From positions 65,544 to 129,543 of the forward strand of contig DATLOC010000010.1 of assembly GCA_035536455.1 (NCBI GenBank): 64,000 nucleotides of DNA, written 5' to 3'. The notes beneath the pieces are model-generated. The model was not told the DNA's origin. It ran no database searches and saw only the letters and a program-made list of their open reading frames with translations. Numbering within the stretch: position 1 is the stretch's first letter; every line of letters starts with the position of its first letter. Positions 20,287-30,797 of this stretch are shown piece after piece. The DNA comes from Thermoanaerobaculia bacterium (GTDB lineage: Bacteria; Acidobacteriota; Thermoanaerobaculia; Multivoradales; UBA5704). The position numbers and the translations under genes are program-made.

Positions 20287-21165
20287 ATGCGCATTCACTC
20301 GCTGTACTTCGCGGCCGCGGCCCTGCTGCTCGCGTCCGCGCCCGCCTGCGCCGACGGTTTCAACGTCAGCACGCGGGGGGACGACATCCGCGACTGCTCG
20401 GACCTCGAAGTCACTGCCCACGGCCGGCGGGTGGCGCGGGCCGAGGAATCCTTCACCCTGCCGGCGCCCCGCGGCGCGCGGCTGGTCGTCGAGGGTTCGC
20501 GCAACGGCGGCGTCTACGTCACCGGCGGCGCCGGGCGGGACTACGAGGTGCAGGTCTGCAAGGCCGCCGTGGCGGGCACGCAGGAGGCCGCGGAGCGGCA
20601 GCTCGCGCGCATCCGTGTCGAGTCCGGCGATGGCCGGCTCGCCGGCAGCGGGCCGGGCGGCGGCGACTGGCTGGTCTACTTCCTGATCGCGGCGCCGCGC
20701 GACGCGGCCATGGACGTGGCGGTGCGCAACGGCCCGCTCGCCGTGCGCGACACCGCCGGCGACTTCCGGCTGCGCGCCGAGAACGGACCGATTGCGCTGC
20801 GCGGCACCGAAGGCGCCTACGACGTCGCGGTGCAGAACGGTCCGGTCTCGATCTCCGGCGGCGGCGACGACGTGAAGGTGCGCGCCAACAACGGCCCCAT
20901 CTCGGTGCGCCTCGCCGACGGCGACTGGGACGGCGAGGGCCTCGACGCCCGCGCGGTCAACGGCCCGCTCAGCCTCTCGGTCGGCGAGTCCTTCCGCTCC
21001 GGCGTCGTCGTCGAGGCCTCCGGCAACTCCCCTTGGAGCTGCTCCGGCTGCGCCGCCGCCCGCCGCACCTGGCAAGACGAAGGCCGCCGCTTCGAGCTCG
21101 GCGAAGGCCCCGTCCGCGTGCGCCTCTCGACGGTCAACGGACCGGTATCGATCAAGGTGCGCTGA
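20287..21165 (+). CDS. Secreted DUF4097-like (putative adhesin / beta-helical) protein
   Basis: Signal peptide MRIHSLYFAAAALLLASAPACA. Repeated NGP(I/L/V)xxR motifs typical of DUF4097. Confidence 0.65.
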   Translation: MRIHSLYFAAAALLLASAPACADGFNVSTRGDDIRDCSDLEVTAHGRRVARAEESFTLPAPRGARLVVEGSRNGGVYVTGGAGRDYEVQVCKAAVAGTQEAAERQLARIRVESGDGRLAGSGPGGGDWLVYFLIAAPRDAAMDVAVRNGPLAVRDTAGDFRLRAENGPIALRGTEGAYDVAVQNGPVSISGGGDDVKVRANNGPISVRLADGDWDGEGLDARAVNGPLSLSVGESFRSGVVVEASGNSPWSCSGCAAARRTWQDEGRRFELGEGPVRVRLSTVNGPVSIKVR

Positions 21166-21178
21166 GCGGGGCTGTTCC

Positions 21179-23173
<1,995 letters not shown>

Positions 23174-23182
23174 ACGGCGATT

Positions 23183-23965
23183 CTAACCAGCGGGAGGGGG
23201 CGCTTCCTTCCGCCGCAGCTCGGCGATGAGGCGGGGGGAGGTGGCGCGGTGCCAGGGGGTGCGGTCGTAGTCGCCCCAGAGGTTGGTGACGGCGAGGCCG
23301 GCGGTGCGGGCGCGGCGCTGCAGCTCGGCGAGCGACCAGAGGCGGCCGCGGAAGCTGGCCGCGACGGCAGGCGCGCCGGGAGGCTCGTAGGTGAAGCGCA
23401 CGGCGCAGACGCGGCTCCCCGGCTCGCAGCGCAAGACCTCCTCCACCGCCAGGCCGCCAGCAACGCGGTGCGCGATGACGAGCCCGGCGCGCGACGCGGC
23501 CACCCGCCGCCGGCGCGGCGAGAGCCAGGCGGCGTCGAGGACGAAGCGCCCGTCCGGCGCCAAGTGGCGGGCCGCGGCGCGCAGCGCCCGGTCCCGGTCG
23601 GCGTCGTTCAGGAGATGGACAAAGGGGTCGTCCACGGCGGCGACGAGGTCGAAGACGGCGCGCAGCCGAAGATCACGGGCGTCGGCCGCGAGAAGCCGTA
23701 CGTTGGCCAGTCCCGCCAGCCCTCGCCGCGCCACGGCGAGCAGCTCGGGCGCGACGTCGAAGGCCGTGACCGCGCCGGCCGTTTGTGCGAGGAAGGCGGT
23801 CGCCCGCCCCGTGCCGCAGCCGATCTCCAGCACCCGGCACCCCGGCGGCTCCCCCGCCGCCGCGCTCCAGAACGGCCCGTCGCCGCGCCCGGCGAGCTCA
23901 CGCTCGTAGAATGGCAGGATGCGCCGGTAGTAGGCACGGACCTCCTCGGCGCTCTCTCGTCGCAC
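23183..23965 (-). CDS. Class I SAM-dependent methyltransferase
   Basis: VLEIGCGTGRATAFL motif I. GTG start. Confidence 0.75.
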   Translation of the reverse strand: MRRESAEEVRAYYRRILPFYERELAGRGDGPFWSAAAGEPPGCRVLEIGCGTGRATAFLAQTAGAVTAFDVAPELLAVARRGLAGLANVRLLAADARDLRLRAVFDLVAAVDDPFVHLLNDADRDRALRAAARHLAPDGRFVLDAAWLSPRRRRVAASRAGLVIAHRVAGGLAVEEVLRCEPGSRVCAVRFTYEPPGAPAVAASFRGRLWSLAELQRRARTAGLAVTNLWGDYDRTPWHRATSPRLIAELRRKEAPPPAG

Positions 23966-24036
23966 GCGCTCTCCGGCCTCCCCTCTCCACTACGATACTG
24001 TGCAGAGACAAGAGGCACAGCCAAAGGAGAAACCCC

Positions 24037-24240
24037 ATGTCCGTGGCCAAGATCATCGAGATCAGCAGCGACTCCACCGTCAGCTTCGAGGACGCCATCC
24101 GCGACGGCCTCCGCCGGGCGGGCAAGACGGTCAAGAACATCAAGCGCGCCTGGGTCGCGGATCACCTCGTGGAAGTGACGGGGAACGAGATCACCTCGTT
24201 CCGCGTCCACCTCAAGATCACCTTCGTCGTCGACGACTAA
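24037..24240 (+). CDS. Dodecin (small flavin-binding protein)
   Basis: 67 aa, MSVAKIIEISSDSTVSFEDAIRDGLRRAGKTVKNIKRAWVADHLVEVTGNEITSFRVHLKITFVVDD fits the dodecin family. AAAGGAGAAA SD 5 nt upstream. Confidence 0.85.
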   Translation: MSVAKIIEISSDSTVSFEDAIRDGLRRAGKTVKNIKRAWVADHLVEVTGNEITSFRVHLKITFVVDD

Positions 24241-24278
24241 ACGCCTCGCGGCCGCGCGACCGGCTGCCTGAATGAAGC

Positions 24279-24680
24279 ATGGCGACCCACGCCGGCCTCT
24301 ACGCCAAGGGGTTCGCGGCCTGGCTCGGCTTCGGCGCCGTCGTCGTAGCGCTCGGTGCGGTGCGCGAGGCGCTGCTGCGGCCGCGCCTCGGCCCGCTCCG
24401 CGCCGAGCAGCTCGAGACGATCGTCGCCTCCGGCGTCGTTCTCGCGCTCATCGTCTGGTTCGTGCGCGCCACGCGCCCCACGCGCCGGCAGGCGTTCGTC
24501 CTCGGCGTCGCCTGGGTCGTCCTGACTCTGCTCTTCGAGTTCGGCGTCTTCCACCTCGCCCTCGGCATGCCGATGGACGAGCTCCTCGCCGCCTTCGACC
24601 TGCCGCACGGGCGACTCTGGCCGGTGTTCCTGCTGACGCTGTTGGTGGGGCCGTGGCTGGCGGCGAGGCGCGGGTCGTAA
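24279..24680 (+). CDS. Small integral membrane protein (about 4 TM), hypothetical
   Basis: Hydrophobic helices (FAAWLGFGAVVVALGAV, VVLALIVWFV, FVLGVAWVVLTLLFEFGVF, WPVFLLTLLVGPWL). The overlapping alternative frame is Arg-rich and low-complexity. Confidence 0.55.
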   Translation: MATHAGLYAKGFAAWLGFGAVVVALGAVREALLRPRLGPLRAEQLETIVASGVVLALIVWFVRATRPTRRQAFVLGVAWVVLTLLFEFGVFHLALGMPMDELLAAFDLPHGRLWPVFLLTLLVGPWLAARRGS

Positions 24681-24699
24681 CCTGCAGGTTGCATTCGGT

Positions 24700-25950
24700 G
24701 GTGGACACATGGGTTCGCCGACTGCCGGCTCGGTGGTGTGCCCTACAAGCGGGCCGCTTACCTCTGGATTACGAGGCGCAATGATGGGATGGACTCCTCC
24801 TGCGACTCAGACGGCATCGACGTGCCAGAGTCGCCGGCGGCAACCGAAAGGAGGAGTCCGCCATGCAGTCTACGACCATCGCTGTCGACCTCGCAAAGAA
24901 CGTTTTTCCAGGTGGCGGTCTCCCGCCACCCCGGCAAGGTCGCCGAGACGCACCGACTCACGCGCGGCGAGCTCGTACGCTTCTTCGCCGAGCGCCAGCC
25001 GGCGGTTGTCCTGCTCGAGGCCTGTGGCACCGCCCATTTCTGGGCGCGACAGCTCCAGCAGCTCGGCCACCGCGTCCTGCTCCTGCCGCCTGCCCATGTC
25101 CGCCGCTACGTAACCCGGAACAAGACCGACCAAGCCGACGCGAAGGCGCTGCTCGAAGCCCACCGCAACGAGGAGATCCGCCCCGTTCCGGTCAAGTCGG
25201 TCGCCCAGCAGACCCTCGCGGCTCTCCATCGCCTGCGTTCGGCCTGGATCGCCGATCGCACCGCGCGCATCAACCTCGTCCGCGGCGTGCTCCGCGAGCT
25301 GGGGCACCCGATCCCCGTCGGCGCTCGCCACGTCGTCCCACAGGCCTGGGCTCTTCTCGAATCTGCCGCAGCGAGCTGCCGGATCCGCTCCGGCTCGCCC
25401 TGGCGGAGGCCTGCCTCGAGATCCGCGACTTTGAAGCCCGTCTCCAAGCGATCGAAAAACAGCTCGAGGCTCTCGCCAAGCAGACGCCCGTCGTCGAGCG
25501 CTTGCGCTCCATCCCGGGCGTCGGGCTTCTGACCGCCACCGCCTTGGTCGCCTTCGTCGGAGAGGTCGGCCGCTTCACCACCTGCCGCCACTTCGCCAGC
25601 TATCTCGGCCTCACTCCCCGCGAGCGCTCCAGCGGGCAGACGCGACAACTCGGCCGCATCAGCAAACGCGGCGACGCCTACCTGCGCACTCTCCTCATCC
25701 ACGGCGCCCGCGCCGTCCTCTGGGCCGCCAAACGTCTGCAGAAACCTGATCGCCTGCGCGCCTGGGCACTCGCGGTCGAACGGCTCCGCGGCCACAACCG
25801 AGCCGCCGTGGCGCTGGCCAACAAGATGGCCCGCATCGCCTGGGCCGTCTGGAGGAGCGACACGGCCTACCAAGCGCGGCCGCTGGCCGCGTGAAATCGG
25901 CCGGGTAGGAGAGAGAAACGCTTCCTCCCGCAAGCTGCTGTGAGATCGAA
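24700..25950 (+). mobile_element. IS110-family insertion sequence remnant. Boundaries approximate.
   Basis: Contains the IS110/DEDD transposase pseudogene. IS110 elements lack clear terminal inverted repeats, so the ends cannot be fixed from sequence alone. Confidence 0.5.
24863..25894 (+). pseudogene. IS110-family transposase disrupted by two frameshifts
   Basis: N-terminus MQSTTIAVDLAKNVF then +1 frame QVAVSRHPGKVAETHRLTRGELVRFFAERQPAVVLLEACGTAHFW (DEDD N-domain). Shift 1 is in a T5 run at about 24897. Shift 2 is near 25360-25380. The C-terminal domain ...ERLRSIPGVGLLTATALVAFVGEVGRFTTCRHFASYLGLTPRERSSGQTRQLGRISKRGDAYLRTLLIHGA is the typical IS110 C-terminus. Confidence 0.8.
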
Positions 25951-26170
25951 CGGATGGCACGATCGGTAAGACCGGCGTTTGGAATAAGCCGATAACCCCG
26001 GTGGCCCGCTCAAGGCCGCTGTCAACGATTGGCTCCCGACGCGCGACTTCCATCATGGCCCGGAGCTCCGAATGCTCCACTCAGAGGCCGGAGATACGAG
26101 TGCAGTCTTTCACGATCGCCCACCCGCCCTCCCCGCGCGCAGCTTGACGGAGGAGTCCAGATACGAGGGG

Positions 26171-27109
26171 TTAGGCGACGGGCCCTCGGAAGGTCCATAG
26201 GCCTGACTCAAGAAATGCCCTTATGCCGTCAGCGCTCACAATAGCAATGCGTCGCAGAGCCTCCGCGTAAAACGCATCCGTTAGTTCGGAGCGGACTGAG
26301 GCGTGCAGGATTGAATGGGTAATTCCTGGTGATTGGGGATAGTCGAACCAGAGCCATTCCGACTTGTCGAGCTTGACATTCTCCGCAGTCAAACGGCCTG
26401 TCGAGATTTCAGCCGTTCCTAGGTCAACGGAGGATGACCAGAGAGAAGCCGTTGTGAACACAGCGGGGACGAAAGCAGCCGCCTTTCCCCTTGGAAGCAG
26501 GTCCTCGCGATCGCGGAGAAACTCCATTAGGCCATTGAGGCCGCGGCACACCTGAGTCGCGGCGTCCTCGATCTCGCCACGACCAGATCCACCGGTGTCA
26601 CCCAGGTCGCCTGTGCGTACCTCCAAGCCAACCTGATAGGCGTTCTGGGTTGGAAGGAGCCCTTGTCTGGTGGCTAAGACGTGACCCTCGGAAGTCCGCC
26701 GCACGACTGAAGCCGAGGACGTGCCGCTGTAGTAGTCTTTCTGGGGCCAATCGGCCTGCGCGAAGCACCAGTTGGCGACCGCTGGATTGGCCCGCTTACA
26801 TTCACAAACGAGGAAGATGTTCGGCAAGTTGTTGTGCAGAACGAAGTCGATGCGGGTGTCACGGCCCTTTGCTTCAACGCCGAACTCAGCGACGACGGGA
26901 TACCACGGAGAGCCTTGCTTGCGGAGTTCCTGCACGTGCCGCAGGACGGCATATTGGAAGCCATAACCATGACGGTCGAGAGCCTTTCTGAACCCTGCTT
27001 CGACTAGCGCCCCCTCGTCCACAGGTGATCCCCCCTGCAGCCTAAAGCGTATGAGCTGAGCAACGGCCCCCGCGCGAATGCGGGAGTGACGACCGCTGCA
27101 ACGCTGCAC
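26171..27109 (-). CDS. PD-(D/E)xK-type nuclease-like protein (restriction-endonuclease fold), hypothetical, in a low-GC cassette
   Basis: Candidate catalytic triad ...VAEFGVEAKGRDTRIDFVLHNNLPNIFLVCECKRANP (E...D...ExK). Lower GC and atypical codon usage. GTG start. 312 aa. Confidence 0.5.
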   Translation of the reverse strand: MQRCSGRHSRIRAGAVAQLIRFRLQGGSPVDEGALVEAGFRKALDRHGYGFQYAVLRHVQELRKQGSPWYPVVAEFGVEAKGRDTRIDFVLHNNLPNIFLVCECKRANPAVANWCFAQADWPQKDYYSGTSSASVVRRTSEGHVLATRQGLLPTQNAYQVGLEVRTGDLGDTGGSGRGEIEDAATQVCRGLNGLMEFLRDREDLLPRGKAAAFVPAVFTTASLWSSSVDLGTAEISTGRLTAENVKLDKSEWLWFDYPQSPGITHSILHASVRSELTDAFYAEALRRIAIVSADGIRAFLESGLWTFRGPVA

Positions 27110-27141
27110 TAGCTCATCTCAGTGGCCCAGCGATATGGAGT

Positions 27142-27621
27142 TCAACGGCGAGCCGAGCGAGACCTCTGCAACGATGCGCTCGCCGGCAGCTGCCCCTGCG
27201 CTTGAGCAAGCGCTACCCATTCGGCAACGACGAGTGCCTGGCCGAGATCGCGGGTCCTTGTGTGAGCCCGGATGAATTCTCCCTCCTGCACGTGTCCGGC
27301 CTTGAGGGATCCGAGGATGGTACTGATGGCGGCAATCAGGGTAGCGTGAGCTGATAGTTGGGGGTCGAGAAGGAGCTCCAATTCGTACCGTAGCTGGTCG
27401 ATGTGAAGGTACTCCACGTCGTCGCGATCCTCGAAGCCCGCGGTGAAGTAGTGCAATGTCTTTCCCAGGAACTCGGCTAGTTTCTGCCGGACCTCTGCTG
27501 CCCAAGCGGTGCGCCGATCGCTTTCGAGCTTGAGGCAAGTGGTCCGCCAGGTGACGAACGGCCCCACGAAGACGGCGAGCAGAGCGACGGTCAATGAGAG
27601 GACTGTAATGAGGTCTTTCAC
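27142..27621 (-). CDS. Membrane-anchored hypothetical protein (N-terminal TM helix), co-oriented 32 bp upstream of the PD-(D/E)xK gene
   Basis: VKDLITVLSLTVALLAVFVGPFVTW TM helix, then a soluble helical domain. The overlapping alternative ORF is Arg-rich junk. GTG start. Confidence 0.5.
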   Translation of the reverse strand: MKDLITVLSLTVALLAVFVGPFVTWRTTCLKLESDRRTAWAAEVRQKLAEFLGKTLHYFTAGFEDRDDVEYLHIDQLRYELELLLDPQLSAHATLIAAISTILGSLKAGHVQEGEFIRAHTRTRDLGQALVVAEWVALAQAQGQLPASASLQRSRSARR

Positions 27622-27795
27622 GTACGATACCTTGAACTTGTAGGATCTCCTGCCCGAAGCATAGAGAGGACGTTACCACTGCCGCCTAAGGGCAAGCCTA
27701 CGAGGGTCGAGGTGCGGGCGGGGCGGCTGGTCGTCCGGACTGTCTAGAAAAAGAGGACGGGGGGCGTCGCCGCCCCCCGTGGTGCGCTTGTCGGC

Positions 27796-28179
27796 TTACT
27801 CGGTGGTCTCCGCCGTCCGTGCCGGGGTCGGTGCCGGAGCCGGGGTCTCGGGCTTCTTCGTGCGGCGGACGCCGCGCGGCCGGAGGCCGAACTCGTGGAG
27901 CACCTTGTTCTTGGTGCCGAACTGCCCGCGCAGGGCCGCGTCGGCCTGGCTACGCAGCTCGACGCCGCGAGCCTCGGCTCGCCGGCGCTTCTCGTTGGTC
28001 TCCCGCAGGCGCGCGGTGTAGATCTCCTGCTGGTTCTCGAGGCCGCGGGTCTCGGCGAGCCAGGCTTCGAGGTCGGTCTGCAGGGGCTCGAGCAGGGGGA
28101 TCTCGGGCAGGCGCGCCTTCAGGTTGGTGCTCAGGACGTCCATCGCGGCGATGAGCTCGATCAGGTTGCGGTCCGGCAT
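27796..28179 (-). CDS. Small basic coiled-coil protein with a Lys/Arg/Pro-rich C-terminal tail, hypothetical. Possible DNA-binding protein.
   Basis: ATG at 28179 with AAGGAGAG SD. MPDRNLIELIAAMDVL...ARLRETNEKRRRAEARGVELR... ends ...RRTKKPETPAPAPTPARTAETTE. Divergent from the repeat array. Confidence 0.55.
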   Translation of the reverse strand: MPDRNLIELIAAMDVLSTNLKARLPEIPLLEPLQTDLEAWLAETRGLENQQEIYTARLRETNEKRRRAEARGVELRSQADAALRGQFGTKNKVLHEFGLRPRGVRRTKKPETPAPAPTPARTAETTE

Positions 28180-28261
28180 GGGGCTCTCCTTCATTCCAGT
28201 CGACTGGAGAAGCGCCGGGCGGAGGATTCCGCCGGCGGGGGTGAGACGGAGGGGGCGGCGG

Positions 28262-28560
28262 GGGGAAGCTTCGCTTCCCGGAGGGGAAGCTTCCCCACCC
28301 GAAAGGGAGGCTTCACTTTTCAAAAGGGGAGCTTCGCCATCCAAAGGGGAAGCTTGACCTTTGAGGAAGCTTCGCCATCGGAAAGCGAAGCTCCGCTCTT
28401 CAAGAGGGAAGCTTCCCTACCCGAAAGGGAAGCTTCGCCTTTCAAAGGTGAAGCTTCGCTCTCGGAAGGGAAGGCTTCGCTTTTCAAAAGGGAAGCTTCG
28501 CCATCCAAAGGGGAAGCTTCGCTTTTCAAAAGGGAGGCTTCTCCTGAGGCGGGGAGGGAA
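28262..28560. repeat. Tandem direct-repeat array: about 14 copies of a 19-22 bp unit (consensus about GGGAAGCTTCGCYWTYCAAAAG), each with the 8-bp palindrome GAAGCTTC (8 perfect, 6 degenerate)
   Basis: Read directly from the sequence. Units are head-to-tail with no spacers. Unit length varies, so there is no conserved reading frame. Lies in a roughly 500 bp divergent intergenic region. Confidence 0.9.
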
Positions 28561-28571
28561 GCCCGGTTCCG

Positions 28572-28600
28572 TGTTGTCAGAGCACGCATAGCGGGTATCT
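28572..28600 (+). promoter_or_regulatory. Putative sigma70-like promoter for the XRE regulator (TTGTCA-16 nt-TATCTT)
   Basis: Hexamers with 16-nt spacing about 85 nt upstream of the ATG at 28683. Weak evidence. Confidence 0.25.
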
Positions 28601-28682
28601 TACCTGCCTATCGTGGCCTGTCAACCCACTCAGGCGGGCAGAGCGGGAATAGCTACCCGGACCCGTGGTGTACACTCCCAGC

Positions 28683-29096
28683 ATGGACCCGAGCGGGGCG
28701 GCGCAGCCCGAAGGCCAGCAGCTCGCCCAGGCGCTCCGGCGGAAGATCCGCGAGGCGGGGTTGAGCTACGGCGAGGTCGAGCGCCGGCTGGGCATGGGGA
28801 AAGACACCCTGCGCCACATCCTGAGCGGCAGGGTCGAGCTCAAGGTCAAACACCTCTACGGAGTCCTGGGCGCCCTGGGGATCGAGCCCGCCCAGTTCTT
28901 CGCCGAGCACTACGGCCTGCTGACGCCGCTCCAGGCCGCCAATCAGAACCACCACCCGCACGTGCCGAGCCTGTCCCTCATCCAGAGCGCGGCGATCTGG
29001 TTCATCGCCCGGAGGCTCAAGGAGAAGGGAATCCTGGCCGAGGACGAGATGGAGGCGTTCGTCACGGAGCACGAGCGGAAGGCGTCGGCGCCCTAG
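28683..29096 (+). CDS. XRE-family helix-turn-helix transcriptional regulator
   Basis: LRRKIREAGLSYGEVERRLGMGKDTLRHILSGRVELKVKHLYGVLGALGI is an HTH_3 motif. An alternative GTG start at 28665 is possible. Confidence 0.75.
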   Translation: MDPSGAAQPEGQQLAQALRRKIREAGLSYGEVERRLGMGKDTLRHILSGRVELKVKHLYGVLGALGIEPAQFFAEHYGLLTPLQAANQNHHPHVPSLSLIQSAAIWFIARRLKEKGILAEDEMEAFVTEHERKASAP

Positions 29097-29145
29097 CTTC
29101 CGGGGCGGGTTGGCCACCTCCGCTCGGAATGCTATGGTGGCATAT

Positions 29146-29871
29146 ATGAAGACCTCGATCGTCCGTTTCTTCGTCCTGGTGTTCCTCTTCCTGGCGGCGT
29201 CCACGGGCGCCGCGGCGACCGAAATCACCTTCTCCCCTGCCCCGCCGGTGACCGGGCAGTCGTTCACCATCACCTTCCACGGCGTCGCCATGGCCTGCGA
29301 GGACGTCGGGACGCTGGCGGTTCAGAGCATCGCCTTCGACACGATCAGCCTCGTGGTGACCGATCCCGGCTGCCCCGTCATCCCGATCGGTCCGGTGGAG
29401 TACACCGCCAGCGTCAACGTGGGGCCGCTCGCCGCCGGCACCTACGCGGTGCAGGTGCGCGCGGAAGGTACGTCCGTGCTGCTCGACTTCCAGCTCTTCG
29501 AGGTGAAGCCGGCCCCGGCCTGCGACGCCACCGACACCGCCCTCTGCCTCGACGGCCGGTTCGAGGTGACCGCCGAGTGGACCGACTTCGACGGCAACGA
29601 CGGCGTCGCGCACACGATGCCGGACGACTTCGACGGGCTGGGCGACTGGGGGACCCTCTGGTTCTTCGGGCAGGACAACCCCGAAATGCTGGTCAAGATC
29701 CTGGACGCCTGCGCGGTGAACGGCCACTACTGGGTCTTCCTCTCCCCGGCCTCGACGGTGCGCTACGAGATCACCGTGCGCGACGTCCGCACCGGGGCGG
29801 TGAAGACCTACTCGAAGCCCCTCCACGTGGTGCCGGAGCTCTTCGCCGACACCAGCGCCTTCGACTGCTAG
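29146..29871 (+). CDS. Secreted hypothetical protein
   Basis: Signal peptide MKTSIVRFFVLVFLFLAASTGAAA. No recognisable family. 241 aa. Confidence 0.55.
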   Translation: MKTSIVRFFVLVFLFLAASTGAAATEITFSPAPPVTGQSFTITFHGVAMACEDVGTLAVQSIAFDTISLVVTDPGCPVIPIGPVEYTASVNVGPLAAGTYAVQVRAEGTSVLLDFQLFEVKPAPACDATDTALCLDGRFEVTAEWTDFDGNDGVAHTMPDDFDGLGDWGTLWFFGQDNPEMLVKILDACAVNGHYWVFLSPASTVRYEITVRDVRTGAVKTYSKPLHVVPELFADTSAFDC

Positions 29872-30797
29872 CCGGCGTCGTGGTGCCGGACCACCTGCCG
29901 CGCCGCGGCCGGCGGGACGACGAGGACGCTGCAGCGCGCCTGGCGGACGACGGTGGCGGCGACGCTGCCGACCAGGAAGCGGTCGAAGCCGCTGCGGCCG
30001 TGGGTGCCGAGGACGGCGAGGTCCACGCCGCGGCCGAGGGCGCGCAGGATCTCGTTGCGCGGGTCGCCGGAGCGGGGGATGGCGCGGAGCTCGAGCGGCG
30101 TCCCCGCCTGCTCGCGCTCGACGAACGCCGCGAGCTCCGCGGCGGAGCGCCGCTCGGCCTCCTCCTCGGTGAGCTGGGGCTCCGCCTGGCGCTCGGCCAC
30201 GAACTTCATGAACGTGTGGACTTGGAGGACGTCCACCCGCACCGGCGCGCCGCCGGCCACCTGCGCCAGGAGCGCCAGGCCGGTGTGGAAGGCTTCGGTC
30301 GAGAGCGGCGAGAGGTCGACCGCCGCCACGACCTTGGCCGGCGGCACGCGCAGGGCGGGGCGCACGACCAGGACCGGGCAGGGGGCGGTGCGCACCACCC
30401 GGTCGGCGGTCGAGCCGAGCCGGTCGCGGAAGGCCTTGCCGGGAACCTTGGCGCCTACCACGATCAGGTCGGCGTCGCCGTCGCGCGCCGCCTGGACGAG
30501 CCCCCGCGCCGGCGGTCCTTCCAGCACCTCGTAGCGGACCGCGACCGCTGGCGCGCCGGCCTCCTCGGCCTGGCGGCGGAGGGCCTCGCGATGGTGCGCC
30601 AGGGCCTCCTCGCGCAGGTCGGCGGGGTCCACGGGCTCCTCGCCGAGAAAGTGCGGCTGCGGCCCCAGGGCGTGGACCAGGTCCACCTCGGCGCCGGCGG
30701 CGCGGGCCAGGGCGAGGACGACGCGGACGACCTCGTCGCTCCCCTCCTCCAGCGAGCTGCCGACGACGAGGCGCTTCAGAGGGGCCTCGGCGCTCAT
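29868..30797 (-). CDS. Universal stress protein, tandem UspA domains
   Basis: Two USP-type alpha/beta domains (KRLVVGSSLEEGSDEVVRVVLALARAAGAEVDLVHAL... and ...AVLGTHGRSGFDRFLVGSVAATVVRQARCSVLVVP). ATGA start/stop overlap with the upstream gene. Confidence 0.8.
   Translation of the reverse strand: MSAEAPLKRLVVGSSLEEGSDEVVRVVLALARAAGAEVDLVHALGPQPHFLGEEPVDPADLREEALAHHREALRRQAEEAGAPAVAVRYEVLEGPPARGLVQAARDGDADLIVVGAKVPGKAFRDRLGSTADRVVRTAPCPVLVVRPALRVPPAKVVAAVDLSPLSTEAFHTGLALLAQVAGGAPVRVDVLQVHTFMKFVAERQAEPQLTEEEAERRSAAELAAFVEREQAGTPLELRAIPRSGDPRNEILRALGRGVDLAVLGTHGRSGFDRFLVGSVAATVVRQARCSVLVVPPAAARQVVRHHDAG

Noticed and set aside
18054-21075. Minus-strand ORFs 18054..20294 and 20032..21075, and plus-strand 18560..20146
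   Set aside because: Antisense or off-frame to the BNR and DUF4097 genes. No protein-like features.
24272-24784. 170-aa ORF overlapping the small membrane-protein gene
   Set aside because: Translation is Arg-rich low complexity. The 24279 frame gives coherent TM helices.
24738-25532. 264-aa ORF treated as a separate gene
   Set aside because: It is the middle reading frame of the frameshifted IS110 transposase. Its N-terminus is read-through of non-coding DNA.
27119-27679. 186-aa ORF overlapping 27142..27621
   Set aside because: Arg/Pro-rich junk translation. The other frame encodes a TM-anchored protein.
28262-28560. Possible CRISPR array
   Set aside because: Repeats are directly adjacent with no spacers. 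The unit is shorter than a CRISPR repeat and there are no cas genes.
27895-28764. 289-aa + ORF and the 76/89-aa ORFs (28361..28591, 28320..28589) translating the tandem repeat into KGEASLF-type heptads
   Set aside because: Repeat unit length varies (19-22 nt), so the peptide periodicity drifts. The ORF starts inside the antisense of a real gene. The region is interpreted as non-coding repeat DNA.
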